DNA from: a virus
DNA: 64,000 bases
IMG/VR virus record: IMGVR_UViG_3300031673_000019
Location: 6,958-70,957 of that record
Strand: one strand, 5' to 3'
Numbering within the stretch: the first letter of the stretch is position 1; every line of letters starts with the position of its first letter. Positions 24,005 through 34,354 of the stretch are shown one piece after another. Below the pieces are notes generated by a model. It did not search any database. It had not been told where the DNA came from and saw only the letters and a program-made list of their open reading frames with translations. The position numbers were made by a program, and so were the translations under genes.

Positions 24005-27000
24005 TACGACGAAGATGCTCTGGCCGTTTCCGGCCGAGGACCAGGATCCGTGGTACGAGACGTTTGCGTCGATGGTGTCCGCTATGGACGCCTCTGCGTA
24101 TGCCGCTCGTGAAGATCGGCAGTTGTTGTTGGGCGGCGGCGGGATTATCTCGTTTGATGCGTCGTCTGGACTGTTGACATGGTCGGCTGACTTCGAGATT
24201 TTTTCGACGATCTCAGGTTTCCTACTGTCGATTCCGGCAGGGTCGGTAACGCTGGCCGACGGGCAGATGGCGTACACGGTCGTGACGCGGTCGCCTACGC
24301 AAGACCTTACGCTCGGGTTTACGGTTGCGGATACGGCTCCTAGCACGGACGGGGCGCTCGTATTTGTGTTTCGCCGCGGGTCGGCGGTCTACTGGCGCAA
24401 CGGAGCGAAGATTGACGATGGCATCCCTGGCGACATCTTTGCCGGGAGCGCTGGCGGAACGGACGCGAATGCGATCCATGTCAACGCAGGCGGCGAGATC
24501 AACGGCTTAACCGCCAAGGGCACGCCCGTTGCGGCAGACATTGTGGTCATTGAGGACAGCGCCGACTCTTTTAGCAAGAAGAAAATCACGCTCACCGACC
24601 TTCTCGGCGGCGGAGGCACACTGGATGATGCTTACGGCGCAGCGGGTGCGGGAAGGACGATCGACGTCGACGGGCCTGGGGTTCTTTTTAACAACTCCAA
24701 TGACAACGCGAACGACGTTTTCTTTGTAACGAAGTCTCCGCCATCAGGGGTGAGGGCAGGCGACGGCATATCAGTTTTTTTGGATACGGATGCTACAGGT
24801 GATAGCATCTATATTGCGCATGACGGGACGGGCGGTTATGCGATTGACATCGATCAGTCGGCAGCCGCGGGCGGCGGCATCCTGGTCTTGGTTGCGGGCG
24901 GATCGAATCCCGGGATTACTGTAGATAATACTGCGGGGAGTGGAGCTTCCGCTGTTTTTGATGGTGGAGCCGGCGTGCAGCTATCTCCCGTTTTGCACCT
25001 CACGTCGGAGGCGGCTGCCGTCCCCGGGGGAGTGCCTGCGGCAGGAGAAGGCAAGCTTTGGGTCAGGAATGATATTCCGAACGTTTTGGTGTTTACGGAC
25101 GACGCCGGGTCGGACACGGTCCTTGGTGCTGGCGGTGGCGGAAATACGCTTGATGGGGCGTATGACCAGGGTGGGGCAGGTGTTGGTCGTGCGATTACAG
25201 CGGATTCTGGCGCTGTCACGGTCACAAGTTCTGCGGCGGACACAAACAACGTCGTCGAGGTAACAAAAAGTCCTGCCGGGGCACAGGCTGGTATTGGCGT
25301 TCTCGTGACAATGGGTGCGAACACGACGGGTGCAGGCCTGAGCGTGGCGCAGTCTGGGACGGGCGCTGCAGCTATTTTGGCAGGCGGGTCAGGTGTACAG
25401 CTATCTCCCGTTATTCACATTACGTCGGAGGCATCTGCTGTCCCCGGAGGGGCCCCATCTGCAGGCCAGGGCAAGCTATGGGTTAGGGATGATATTCCGA
25501 ACGTCCTGGTGTTTACGGACGACGCCGGGTCGGACACGGTCCTTGGTGCTGGCGGTGGCGGAAATACGCTTGATGGGGCGTATGACCAAGGTGGGGCAGG
25601 TGTTGGTCGTGCGATTACAGCGGACGCTGGCGCTGTTACTGTCACGAACTCTGCGGCGGACACAAACAACGTCGTCGAGGTAACAAAAAGTCCTGCTGGG
25701 TCGCAGGCTGGTATTGGCGTTCTTGTGACAATGGGTGCGAATACGACAGGCGCAGGCCTGAGCGTGGCGCAGTCTGGGACGGGCGCAGCCGCCATTTTGG
25801 CAGGTGGCGCGGGCGTGCAGGTAAGCCCTGTCGTTCATTTTACGAGCGAGGCGGCGTCGGTCCCTGGAGGGTCGCCCTCGGCAGGGCAGGGCAAGCTATG
25901 GGTGCGCAGTGATGCGCCGAACGTTGTGGTGTACACCGATGACACGGGTGTGGACACTGTTCTTGGCTCGGGTGTCGCTGAGGCCTTGGCGACGACGGGG
26001 GCCGATGTCGATGTGGCGGCGGCTGCTCCGCCTGAGGTTGGGCAGGTGCTCAAGGCGACGAGTGCCACGACGGCGACGTGGCAGAGTCCTCAGGCTCTCT
26101 CTTCGGCGCAGGGCGACTACATGCTAGCCCAGCTTGCCGCAGATCAAAGCGCAGGGCTTTTGGTCGGGGATCCAGTCCGCTTCGCTTCGGTATTCAATTC
26201 CCGCGGGAGCATCGCTCTCGACGCGGGGACGTACCAGTTCACTCTCAAAGTGGGACGGACATACTTCCTGAATGCCTATGTTCGCAGGGTGGGCACCCGC
26301 ATTAACTTTGCCTGGTATGACGTTACCAACGGCGCGCCCCTTGGCTCCGACGGAGAGGGCTCAAGCTCTGCCAGCAATAGCAACGCCGTCGCAACCGTCA
26401 CCCCCACGACAGACATTCTTGTAGAGGTGCAGATCACCGACGTCAGCGCCGTCACGAGCCTTGACGCTGAGGTGACCGCCGGATACCCGTCCACCTACGC
26501 GAGCATTATCGAGATCGGCGCCGTCCAGGCCAACGTCATCGGCGGCCTGGAGTTCGTGGATGAGATTGTCGTCGCATCTCCGGGGCAAGATTTCTCGTTT
26601 GGTGCGGCGGGGGACGGCCTCTTCCAAAGGGCTCTCGACGGTGACGTCGATGACGAGTACGTCATCATCGGCGATGTCGTGAAGGGGACAGACACCCTCC
26701 AGGATATATCGATCGAGCCCAACGCGCTAACGACGAACCAGCTCTCAACCCGGTATCGATTCATCGACGCATCTTCGACGATAAACATCTCTCAGGATGC
26801 CTACCTCACCGCCGCAAACACGGGCACATCCTTCGGCATCGGCACGGTGATTCACTTTGAGGCTACGCTCCGCGCCAAGACAGGGCAGGGGCGGGGCTTC
26901 TTTTCATCCTTTGGGGCCGACGATGGGACCAACACCCTCGCTGGTCACTCAGGTGGCAGCTGGGATGAGTCGGCCACCGTCATCACGTCACTTGGCATCC

Positions 27001-27947
27001 ACTCAGAGGATGCAGGCGGCATCGATGCTGGGTCACGCTTTTGCCTGTACCGCCGCACCCGCAACAACGTCCGCGCCGACAGCGCGAACACCGCGCGGGA
27101 AGTTCGCCGCATCTCGGTGGCCGATGGCGATGCAGGCCCGACCGCCTACAACCTGTCGCAGACGGCCTTCGGTGGATCGGTCGTTGGTATCTCTCTGCTC
27201 ACCGATGCAGCGGTCACCGCTGGAACCCTGACCGCTGAGGTGAAGGTCGGTGGCGTGTCCATGGGCTCGCTCGCCCTCAGCACCACCTACCCCACCGGCC
27301 GGCGAGCGACCTATGCGATCGGCCTGAACACCTTTGGTGGCAACGAAGCCATCACGGTGGAGATCACCACGGCAGGCAGCTTCGTCGCAGGCGGGCCGAC
27401 TGAAGTCGCCGTCGCCGTCGAGCTGCAAAACGCCGCACTCTTCCAGGGGCCGGCGGGCGGCAAGCAGCACATCAAGACCTATCGGATTGAGAACACAACT
27501 CCTACCACGGTTACGTTTAGCGACCTCGATGGAGACGTTGACGAAATCTATGTCCTTGAGTGGGATATCATCACGGCCGCCGGCACCGTGGCCACGCTGC
27601 AGCCTAATGCGCTGGCCACCAACCAGGGGAGCGTGCGTCTCGCGGGTGGCACCGAGACGGACTATGCGACGCTCAGCATTCTCAACACGTCCGCTGAGCG
27701 CGCCTCTGGATCGGTTCAGTTCCGTGCACGGACCACCCGCAGAAGAACGTACATTTCAACGGCGATGATTGCATCCTCGCCGTATGCGGCGGCAAACGTC
27801 ACTGCCCAGTTTTACACGGGTATCTGGAATGAAACGTCGACAAATATCACCTCGCTCGTGATCGACTCAACGAACGCTCTCCTCGCCGGATCCGAGTTCC
27901 GCCTGTATCGCCTGACTGAAACCGCAGGCGCGGTCGAAGAGCTGTAA
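23997..27947 (+). CDS. long tail fibre, 1316 aa
   Basis: Gly/Ala/Thr-rich, internal 140-aa repeats, duplicated C-terminal domain; follows the baseplate genes. Confidence 0.85.
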   Translation: MPNTTKMLWPFPAEDQDPWYETFASMVSAMDASAYAAREDRQLLLGGGGIISFDASSGLLTWSADFEIFSTISGFLLSIPAGSVTLADGQMAYTVVTRSPTQDLTLGFTVADTAPSTDGALVFVFRRGSAVYWRNGAKIDDGIPGDIFAGSAGGTDANAIHVNAGGEINGLTAKGTPVAADIVVIEDSADSFSKKKITLTDLLGGGGTLDDAYGAAGAGRTIDVDGPGVLFNNSNDNANDVFFVTKSPPSGVRAGDGISVFLDTDATGDSIYIAHDGTGGYAIDIDQSAAAGGGILVLVAGGSNPGITVDNTAGSGASAVFDGGAGVQLSPVLHLTSEAAAVPGGVPAAGEGKLWVRNDIPNVLVFTDDAGSDTVLGAGGGGNTLDGAYDQGGAGVGRAITADSGAVTVTSSAADTNNVVEVTKSPAGAQAGIGVLVTMGANTTGAGLSVAQSGTGAAAILAGGSGVQLSPVIHITSEASAVPGGAPSAGQGKLWVRDDIPNVLVFTDDAGSDTVLGAGGGGNTLDGAYDQGGAGVGRAITADAGAVTVTNSAADTNNVVEVTKSPAGSQAGIGVLVTMGANTTGAGLSVAQSGTGAAAILAGGAGVQVSPVVHFTSEAASVPGGSPSAGQGKLWVRSDAPNVVVYTDDTGVDTVLGSGVAEALATTGADVDVAAAAPPEVGQVLKATSATTATWQSPQALSSAQGDYMLAQLAADQSAGLLVGDPVRFASVFNSRGSIALDAGTYQFTLKVGRTYFLNAYVRRVGTRINFAWYDVTNGAPLGSDGEGSSSASNSNAVATVTPTTDILVEVQITDVSAVTSLDAEVTAGYPSTYASIIEIGAVQANVIGGLEFVDEIVVASPGQDFSFGAAGDGLFQRALDGDVDDEYVIIGDVVKGTDTLQDISIEPNALTTNQLSTRYRFIDASSTINISQDAYLTAANTGTSFGIGTVIHFEATLRAKTGQGRGFFSSFGADDGTNTLAGHSGGSWDESATVITSLGIHSEDAGGIDAGSRFCLYRRTRNNVRADSANTAREVRRISVADGDAGPTAYNLSQTAFGGSVVGISLLTDAAVTAGTLTAEVKVGGVSMGSLALSTTYPTGRRATYAIGLNTFGGNEAITVEITTAGSFVAGGPTEVAVAVELQNAALFQGPAGGKQHIKTYRIENTTPTTVTFSDLDGDVDEIYVLEWDIITAAGTVATLQPNALATNQGSVRLAGGTETDYATLSILNTSAERASGSVQFRARTTRRRTYISTAMIASSPYAAANVTAQFYTGIWNETSTNITSLVIDSTNALLAGSEFRLYRLTETAGAVEEL
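24960..25975 (+). repeat. 420-bp (140-aa) tandem repeat, about 2.4 copies
   Basis: Equivalent positions at 24966/25386/25806 and 25071/25491; long near-identical DNA stretches. Confidence 0.92.
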
Positions 27948-27966
27948 TTTCTGAGCTTACTGGAAC

Positions 27967-28458
27967 ATGGCCTCGCGAACATTCATACGCCAGGACAAAC
28001 AGGTCCGCCCAAGCGAGGCGTACGACGACACAGTACCGCATGGCGTCGCTCTTGAGACTGACGCTGAGAACCTGCAAGATGATGTAAACGCTCTTCGATC
28101 TCAAATCCGACGCATCCTCGGAGAGGACAACTGGTACGACGCACCTGTTGTGTCGCTTGCTGATGTGGCCGACGGAGGCGGTTCGGGCTCGGGGTTTCTG
28201 TATACGAACATCGTTCCATCTGGTGACATCGATGATGCGAACGACACATTCATTGCGCCGACGTATTTTGAGAGCGACTTGGCTGGGGTAATGGGCCCAC
28301 AGGTTTACGTTAACGGGATCCGTCAGCAACTAAGTGTGCATTTTTCTGTCGCAGAGAGCGGCGGCCCTGGCTCTGGATACGATACTATAATTTTCGCCGG
28401 GGATTGTATACCAGAGGTGGGCGATATCGTCACCATGGACTATGTTTTGGCGGTTTAG
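27967..28458 (+). CDS. virion appendage protein (anchor motif + YxNG domain)
   Basis: YDDT..DxNxLRSQ..GxxNW N-terminal motif; VYVNGIRQ domain. Confidence 0.75.
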   Translation: MASRTFIRQDKQVRPSEAYDDTVPHGVALETDAENLQDDVNALRSQIRRILGEDNWYDAPVVSLADVADGGGSGSGFLYTNIVPSGDIDDANDTFIAPTYFESDLAGVMGPQVYVNGIRQQLSVHFSVAESGGPGSGYDTIIFAGDCIPEVGDIVTMDYVLAV

Positions 28459-28463
28459 CGCTT

Positions 28464-29723
28464 ATGACTCTTAAAATCAGCCAGGGCCAGATCAAGAAAA
28501 GCCGAGTATACGACGATACAATACCGTCGGGAGATGCTGATCTTGAGGTAGCCTCGGCGTCTGCCCTGGATGATCTTAACGGTCTTCGCTCGCAGATTCA
28601 AAGAGTCATCGGGGAGGGCAATTGGTGGCGAGACGCACCTATTTCACTGCGTGCAGTAGCGGCCTATCTGGGAGGGTTTCGGAAGAATCAATCCGTAACT
28701 CCGCCGACCGACGGGGCCGAGGTCATATTTTTCACCCCGGAAACGTTCCTGTATTCGGCTGCCGTCGATCAGAGCTTTTTAAATCCGTCCGTCTATCTCA
28801 ACGGCCATCGCCTTGAAGAGGTTAGCGATTATATACTCAACGAGTCTGGAGGAGTTGGGGCTGGATTTGATTCGATCGATTTCACGCCGGGAGGCGCGCC
28901 CAGGACGGGCGATGTCATTGCTGTTGATTATTTCATTTCGACTGGGACGATACCGCCACCCGCGGGCGGCATCGGGGTCTACGACGAATCCGTCCTCGTT
29001 GCTGTTCGGCCTGCGATCAACTTCATTGGCTCAGCCATCCAGGCAGTCGATAACATTGGCGCCAACAGGGTAGATATTACGGTGCAGATCACACAAGACG
29101 ACATACTCCCCGCCTTTGTGCCGTCGATTGTAATGTCGCCTGGCGGCCCTTTGGAGATTGGCGAGACGGTTACCAACCCTGCGTTTACTATCACTGCGTC
29201 CGGTGGCGTTATCGCGACCTATAGTGTGACGGATTCAGATGCCAACGGGCCCACTGCAGGCATTGGGCCTGCAGTGGCAGGCATCACTCATCCATTCGCG
29301 TTTGTGAAGAGCGCCAACGGTGCCACGGTTTCATTTACTGCTGAGGTGGTAAGCGATGCCGGCGTTACCAAGTACCCTGTGGACTCGCTTGTGTGGAGGC
29401 CTCGGGTTTACTATGGCGACGCAGCGCCCGGGACCATCGACGAGGCCTTTGTGGAGAATCTTGGAGGCAGCGGGCTCGCCTCTAGCAGGACCCGGACGAT
29501 CGCGTTCAGCAGTGGAAGTGGCGAGAAGAGCTACTACGCGTTCCCGACGGCATATGGCGGTGGTACGCCAACTTTTAAGGATGCCGACACGGGATTCGAC
29601 GCAGGCTTTTCGCAGGCGGTAGCGAGCGTTTCTATTACCAACAGTTTTGGCGTCTCGCAGACCTACGAGGTCTGGGCTAGCGATACGGCTGCCTTGGGCT
29701 CTTATTCGGTAAATGTGACCTGA
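28464..29723 (+). CDS. virion appendage protein
   Basis: Same N-terminal motif as 27967 and VYLNG domain; ATG28464. Confidence 0.75.
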   Translation: MTLKISQGQIKKSRVYDDTIPSGDADLEVASASALDDLNGLRSQIQRVIGEGNWWRDAPISLRAVAAYLGGFRKNQSVTPPTDGAEVIFFTPETFLYSAAVDQSFLNPSVYLNGHRLEEVSDYILNESGGVGAGFDSIDFTPGGAPRTGDVIAVDYFISTGTIPPPAGGIGVYDESVLVAVRPAINFIGSAIQAVDNIGANRVDITVQITQDDILPAFVPSIVMSPGGPLEIGETVTNPAFTITASGGVIATYSVTDSDANGPTAGIGPAVAGITHPFAFVKSANGATVSFTAEVVSDAGVTKYPVDSLVWRPRVYYGDAAPGTIDEAFVENLGGSGLASSRTRTIAFSSGSGEKSYYAFPTAYGGGTPTFKDADTGFDAGFSQAVASVSITNSFGVSQTYEVWASDTAALGSYSVNVT

Positions 29724-31318
29724 TGACGATTCCCATCAATGCCAAGTTCGCACGCCGCAACGCAGCGGACACGCCGCTTCTCGACAACACGGATGTCCTC
29801 GGCGGATGGATGACTGTGGCCGACAATGCCGAGCGGGATGCCATTATCGGATCGGTGCGTGTTGAAGGGCTGCATGTGTGGTCGGCCAACGCGGCGACTT
29901 TGTACCGACTCGATGCCGATCTTATCACGTGGACCGAGGTAGATCTGGGCAGCGAGACTGCATCCAATGTGCAGACAGAGGATGGCGGAGCGCAGGAGAT
30001 CATTATTTATGCAAGCGCGGGCGGTAGCGACACGACAGGGGACGGCACGGTCGGCAACCCCTATGCCACAATCTCCCGTGCGTATGCCGATGTTCCCATT
30101 TTCATTTCTAATGCGTTCTATGTGATCAGGTGCACGGGTGTGACGGAATCGCGCACGACACCTATCGTCCTGAGGCCACATATTGGAACTGGCGGGTCGA
30201 AGTTTACGATCTCACCTACTGATCCGCTAACGTTCACTCGTCGCAACGTGACCTTTGAGGCGGTGTCTACGATCGTAGACACGATCTCTGGGGGCGAGCT
30301 TACGGGCCAGGTCGCGGCGCCTACGACGGGCCTGCGCACCTTGCAGACGACGAAGAATTATACGCTCGATGAGCACAAGGGTCGCTTCCTCATTACTGAC
30401 AACGCTTCGGGTAGCCCGTACGGCGCCATCGTTGGTAATTCGGCTGGTCCCAACAGCGAGATATACGTCGCGCGTAACAGCGCGTTCACGGCACCGCTGA
30501 ACATTGTCGAGCCGGGCGCGGAGATTATTAACGCACTTGGCGGCGCAGGGTTCACTGACACGGCCGCGATTGATATATCGCAGGGCTTTTTCTCGTTCGG
30601 AGCGACAGGAATTCGCTTTACGTCTACTTCGACTAGCAGCTTTGCTTGCGCCGTTGTGATGCGCGGGATGCAGCAGAGCCCTGGTTTTGTCGCGTGTCAG
30701 ATCGACGGTATCCAGATGGAAGATAGCACGGCTGCGGGGAATCTTTCGGCGTGCTCTGTGGGGCGAAGATTTCAGACTGTAGGCGGGTCTCTTGGCTGCA
30801 CGTATTCGTTGCTATGGCGCGACCCTGCGTCGGCATCTGTTACCATGTTTTTGCAGGCACGTATGACGGGCATGCAACGGGACGCTCCTCAGATATTTTC
30901 AACCGTCATGGACACTCCATCCTCGACGTTTGGGGCGACCGGCAGTGAGCAATACAACCGCTACTCTATGCTGATGCAGAACTCATTGATTAGATCTGCA
31001 GCCGCCAACGGGGTTAAGGTTTCTGTTGGGGGGTTGTTACGCATGGTGAGTTGCGAGATCAGCAGCTCAGGGAGCGACGCTGTCTTGGTGGACGGGGGGT
31101 TCGCTGAGCTTTCTGGGGTTATTGGCTCGGGTAACACGGGCGTTGGAGTGCTTGTGCAAAATAATGGCCGTGTCAGACGGATCAGTAGCACACTTGTAAC
31201 GGGGTCCGGCGGTGACTACCAGGTTGGTGGAAACACGGTTGGCACGTGGGGCACGTTCTCGGGCAACGAGAACGACTTGGCGTCTGGCAGTCCTCAGTTT
31301 GCGCGTATGCATGCTTAG
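29723..31318 (+). CDS. tail spike/fibre with beta-helix-like region
   Basis: IYASAGGSDTTGDGTVGNPYATISRA motif typical of parallel beta-helix proteins. Confidence 0.75.
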   Translation: MTIPINAKFARRNAADTPLLDNTDVLGGWMTVADNAERDAIIGSVRVEGLHVWSANAATLYRLDADLITWTEVDLGSETASNVQTEDGGAQEIIIYASAGGSDTTGDGTVGNPYATISRAYADVPIFISNAFYVIRCTGVTESRTTPIVLRPHIGTGGSKFTISPTDPLTFTRRNVTFEAVSTIVDTISGGELTGQVAAPTTGLRTLQTTKNYTLDEHKGRFLITDNASGSPYGAIVGNSAGPNSEIYVARNSAFTAPLNIVEPGAEIINALGGAGFTDTAAIDISQGFFSFGATGIRFTSTSTSSFACAVVMRGMQQSPGFVACQIDGIQMEDSTAAGNLSACSVGRRFQTVGGSLGCTYSLLWRDPASASVTMFLQARMTGMQRDAPQIFSTVMDTPSSTFGATGSEQYNRYSMLMQNSLIRSAAANGVKVSVGGLLRMVSCEISSSGSDAVLVDGGFAELSGVIGSGNTGVGVLVQNNGRVRRISSTLVTGSGGDYQVGGNTVGTWGTFSGNENDLASGSPQFARMHA

Positions 31319-31340
31319 GCGGCAAGCTGCTTACTTGTGA

Positions 31341-31390
31341 CTACAGTGAACTCAGTCACCGATCGGTGATAGCGTTGTTTTCAACTGTAG
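31341..31390 (+). promoter_or_regulatory. nested inverted-repeat element
   Basis: CTACAGT..ACTGTAG enclosing the perfect palindrome TCACCGATCGGTGA (31356-69). Confidence 0.5.
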
Positions 31391-31411
31391 CCGTATAAGG
31401 AAAGGCATAAC

Positions 31412-33373
31412 ATGGCATTCGTAACGCTGAGCAGGCAGGAGACGCAGATCCGAAACTCGGATCTGTATGATGACACCATCGCGCCAGCCGAGGCCGCATT
31501 CGAGACCAATCCGATCAACATTGAGCAGGATTTAAACAACCTGCGGTCGTTGGGGCACTCGCTCCTTAGTAACCAGGCTGGAAATTGGTGGGATGGGCTG
31601 GTCACCCCATCGGCCCTGGATACTGGGTCGGCTCGTGGCGTCAATGATCTTAACACGGACCTCCATGCCGTGGAGCGGAAGCGCGTCCTTCGTGATGTCT
31701 TTAGCTTGGTTGATATTTCTGTCGACGATGACGTCTCAGCGACCGGCACGCTCACTCTCACGGGTAACGCGGCCAATGATGAAACGGTGACTACGGGGAC
31801 GGACGTCTATACGTTCAAGACGGCGCTGACGCCCACAGCGGGCGAAGTGCTCATTGGTGCCACCGCCTCCGACTCGCTTGATAATCTGATTGCCGCTATC
31901 AACCTTGATGCTGGTGCGGGCACGCTTTATGCGGCCGGCACGGTTGCGAACAGCTTTGTGTCGGCTGCAGCAGGCGTCGGCGACACGATGGACTTGACTG
32001 CGCTTGTACCTGGTACTGCAGCCAACTCTACCGCCACGACGGAAACGCTCACCAACGGATCGTTTGGTAATGCTACTCTCTTGGGTGGCGTGGATGCCAA
32101 GAACTACGTCATCCTTGGGGCCGGTGAGTTGCCGACCAATACGACAGCCGCGGTAGGCGCGGTTACAACGCTGGGTACCCTGGTGGCAGCGCATGGGGGC
32201 ACCTTTGGTACTCACGCGCTGTCGGAGATCACGGGTGGTAACGCTATCAGTCCGCTCAACCTGATGAGCGTCGTCGATGGGTCGACTCGTGACCCGATTC
32301 TGTCGAGCAATCGGGTCATATGGGGGCTGCTTCAGGGCGAATCGGGTGTAACGGATGGCGTCACGATCACTGATACGACGGCTACACGCGTGCAGATTTC
32401 GTTTGTTCGTGTCAATGCGACCGGCGATGATTTGGAGGCGGTTCCTGCGGCCGACGTTGGTGGGGCTATAGTCAACTATTCGACCCGTGAGCGTGTTCCG
32501 CTTGAAAGCCTCACCGAGTATGACTTTCTTCGAGGGGCAGTCGTGGACGTTCCCCCGTCTGGAGCCACGGTTGATCTGCAGACGACTCTCAATAACCAGG
32601 GCGCGACACCGGTCGATGTAACGACCAATATTACCATCGACCTGGAAGGCCCAGGCCTTGAGTGGTGCTGGCGTGATGACCTGGAAGCTAATCTGCTGTG
32701 CATTGTTGAGGGTAGCGCGGGCGGCAATAGCACGATTGAGGTTGGAACTGACGTAGACGTATTCGAAGTCAATGCGATTGTTAGCGATTTTAACAATGGT
32801 GCGAGCTTTGATACTGGGGCTGCCGGCACGACGATCAATGTTGGCGTCACTGCTAATCAGATCGATTCTGGAGGAGCCCTTTCGGTACTCTCTGGAGGCG
32901 GCGCTGATTTGAATCTGGCTGCCGCACTCGAACTCAACCTTACGGACAGCTATCGGGCCGGGTCGACGTGGTCTCTGGTCGACGGCATTCAGCTTGCTGC
33001 GTCTTCGGGGGAGTGGGACGCCTTCGAGGCAGCCTACGGCGGCGAGGTGTCGCTCCTCAGCGCGCTGACTACCGCGGCGACATCGATCCAGCGGACGAAA
33101 GTATATTCGACCGTGACAGCAAACGTGGCAGCAGACGTGGACATTTCCGGTCCATCGGACGACAATAACCTCGATACAGATCTGGGAGATCTGTCGTCGG
33201 GTACATTCGTCGACGACTATGATATTTACCTTAATGGCAAGCTTCTTTACAACGGCGTCGACGCTGCGGCGAATAAGGATGTTTATCCTGGCACGTCGCT
33301 GGCCAACGGGCAGCTCAAGCTTGAGGACAAGGTAAAGATCGGCGATGTGATCGCAGTTATCGGCTGGGCCTGA
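31412..33373 (+). CDS. virion appendage/fibre protein, 653 aa
   Basis: Shared N-terminal anchor motif, sheath-like inserted domain, C-terminal IYLNG domain. Confidence 0.8.
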   Translation: MAFVTLSRQETQIRNSDLYDDTIAPAEAAFETNPINIEQDLNNLRSLGHSLLSNQAGNWWDGLVTPSALDTGSARGVNDLNTDLHAVERKRVLRDVFSLVDISVDDDVSATGTLTLTGNAANDETVTTGTDVYTFKTALTPTAGEVLIGATASDSLDNLIAAINLDAGAGTLYAAGTVANSFVSAAAGVGDTMDLTALVPGTAANSTATTETLTNGSFGNATLLGGVDAKNYVILGAGELPTNTTAAVGAVTTLGTLVAAHGGTFGTHALSEITGGNAISPLNLMSVVDGSTRDPILSSNRVIWGLLQGESGVTDGVTITDTTATRVQISFVRVNATGDDLEAVPAADVGGAIVNYSTRERVPLESLTEYDFLRGAVVDVPPSGATVDLQTTLNNQGATPVDVTTNITIDLEGPGLEWCWRDDLEANLLCIVEGSAGGNSTIEVGTDVDVFEVNAIVSDFNNGASFDTGAAGTTINVGVTANQIDSGGALSVLSGGGADLNLAAALELNLTDSYRAGSTWSLVDGIQLAASSGEWDAFEAAYGGEVSLLSALTTAATSIQRTKVYSTVTANVAADVDISGPSDDNNLDTDLGDLSSGTFVDDYDIYLNGKLLYNGVDAAANKDVYPGTSLANGQLKLEDKVKIGDVIAVIGWA

Positions 33374-33375
33374 TT

Positions 33376-34032
33376 ATGAATGATCCGAGCAGTGAAGTTC
33401 AGACAGCCCTCGAAGCGCAGGCCAGGAAGGCGGACGATCTCGCGGCGGCCATGACGCGAGATCGTTCTGAGCATGTGGGTGCAGAGAAGGCATTTTTGCT
33501 TATCGCAAAACAGATGCCGGAACTGGCTAAGAGCTTTGATGCTCGGGTTGAGCGGGACGATCAGGTTGGTGCAGCGCTGGAACAGGTACGGCGCTATGTT
33601 CACAATGTCATTGCCCATGTCCAGGGGCTCTGCGAGTCCTCGGCTCTTAAGCAAAAGAGTGAGATTCTTTTGTGCGAGGGGCGTGCGCAGACGGCGCAGA
33701 TGATGGCCCAGACGATGCGTAAGGAGATCGAGGCGGTTGGTCGGGTGCAAGCGGCGCATGCTGCCCGTGTGGAGCAGCGTACTGAAACAGTCTTTTCGCG
33801 TGATGAGCCGGATGGGGGCGCCGTGATTAAGACGGCCCCTGCTCCTGCATCGAAGGGCGGCCGTCGGGTCCTTCGTTCGGTACCGGTGCCGGCGCCGGTA
33901 CCGGTTGATGAGTCATCTCCCGAGGTGCGCAAGGCGCAGTCGGAGGAGACTCGTAGGGCTGCGAAGGCAGAGCGACGTGCGCAGGTTGCCCGTGCGCAGC
34001 GTGCTCAGGGTGGAGATAAGAATGACGTTTAA
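33376..34032 (+). CDS. hypothetical helical protein
   Basis: 218-aa ORF tightly packed between structural genes. Confidence 0.6.
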   Translation: MNDPSSEVQTALEAQARKADDLAAAMTRDRSEHVGAEKAFLLIAKQMPELAKSFDARVERDDQVGAALEQVRRYVHNVIAHVQGLCESSALKQKSEILLCEGRAQTAQMMAQTMRKEIEAVGRVQAAHAARVEQRTETVFSRDEPDGGAVIKTAPAPASKGGRRVLRSVPVPAPVPVDESSPEVRKAQSEETRRAAKAERRAQVARAQRAQGGDKNDV

Positions 34033-34351
34033 GACGCCTGACAGATCTCCGGGGCCGGCGGATGAGGAGGAACTTGCTCTCGAAGATCGAACAGCCGACG
34101 GAGACCCAACGTCCGAGGGCGCGATTCGTCGCCTCGGAAGTGTTCTTCGCTACTATGTTGGCGGCGCGGTCACCCAGATTGCCCGCTGGAAGAACCCTCC
34201 TGTTGGCTTTGACGGTGTCGACATGGGCACCATTTCGGATGGGCAGGGGCTGGCCTATAACGACACGAGCAAGCAGTTCGAGCCCGTGACTCTTTCCGTG
34301 ACTCTTTCCGACCGATCATGGCGGCGCCACTTTCTGGTTATGGGAGGCTGA
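34022..34351 (+). CDS. small fibre-like protein
   Basis: ATG34022 after GGAGA; DGQGLAYNDTSKQFEP fibre hinge motif; RRHFLVMGG end. Confidence 0.65.
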   Translation: MTFKTPDRSPGPADEEELALEDRTADGDPTSEGAIRRLGSVLRYYVGGAVTQIARWKNPPVGFDGVDMGTISDGQGLAYNDTSKQFEPVTLSVTLSDRSWRRHFLVMGG

Positions 34352-34354
34352 CGG

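Noticed and set aside
24960-25975. CRISPR-like array
   Set aside because: Repeats are 420-bp in-frame coding units without spacers
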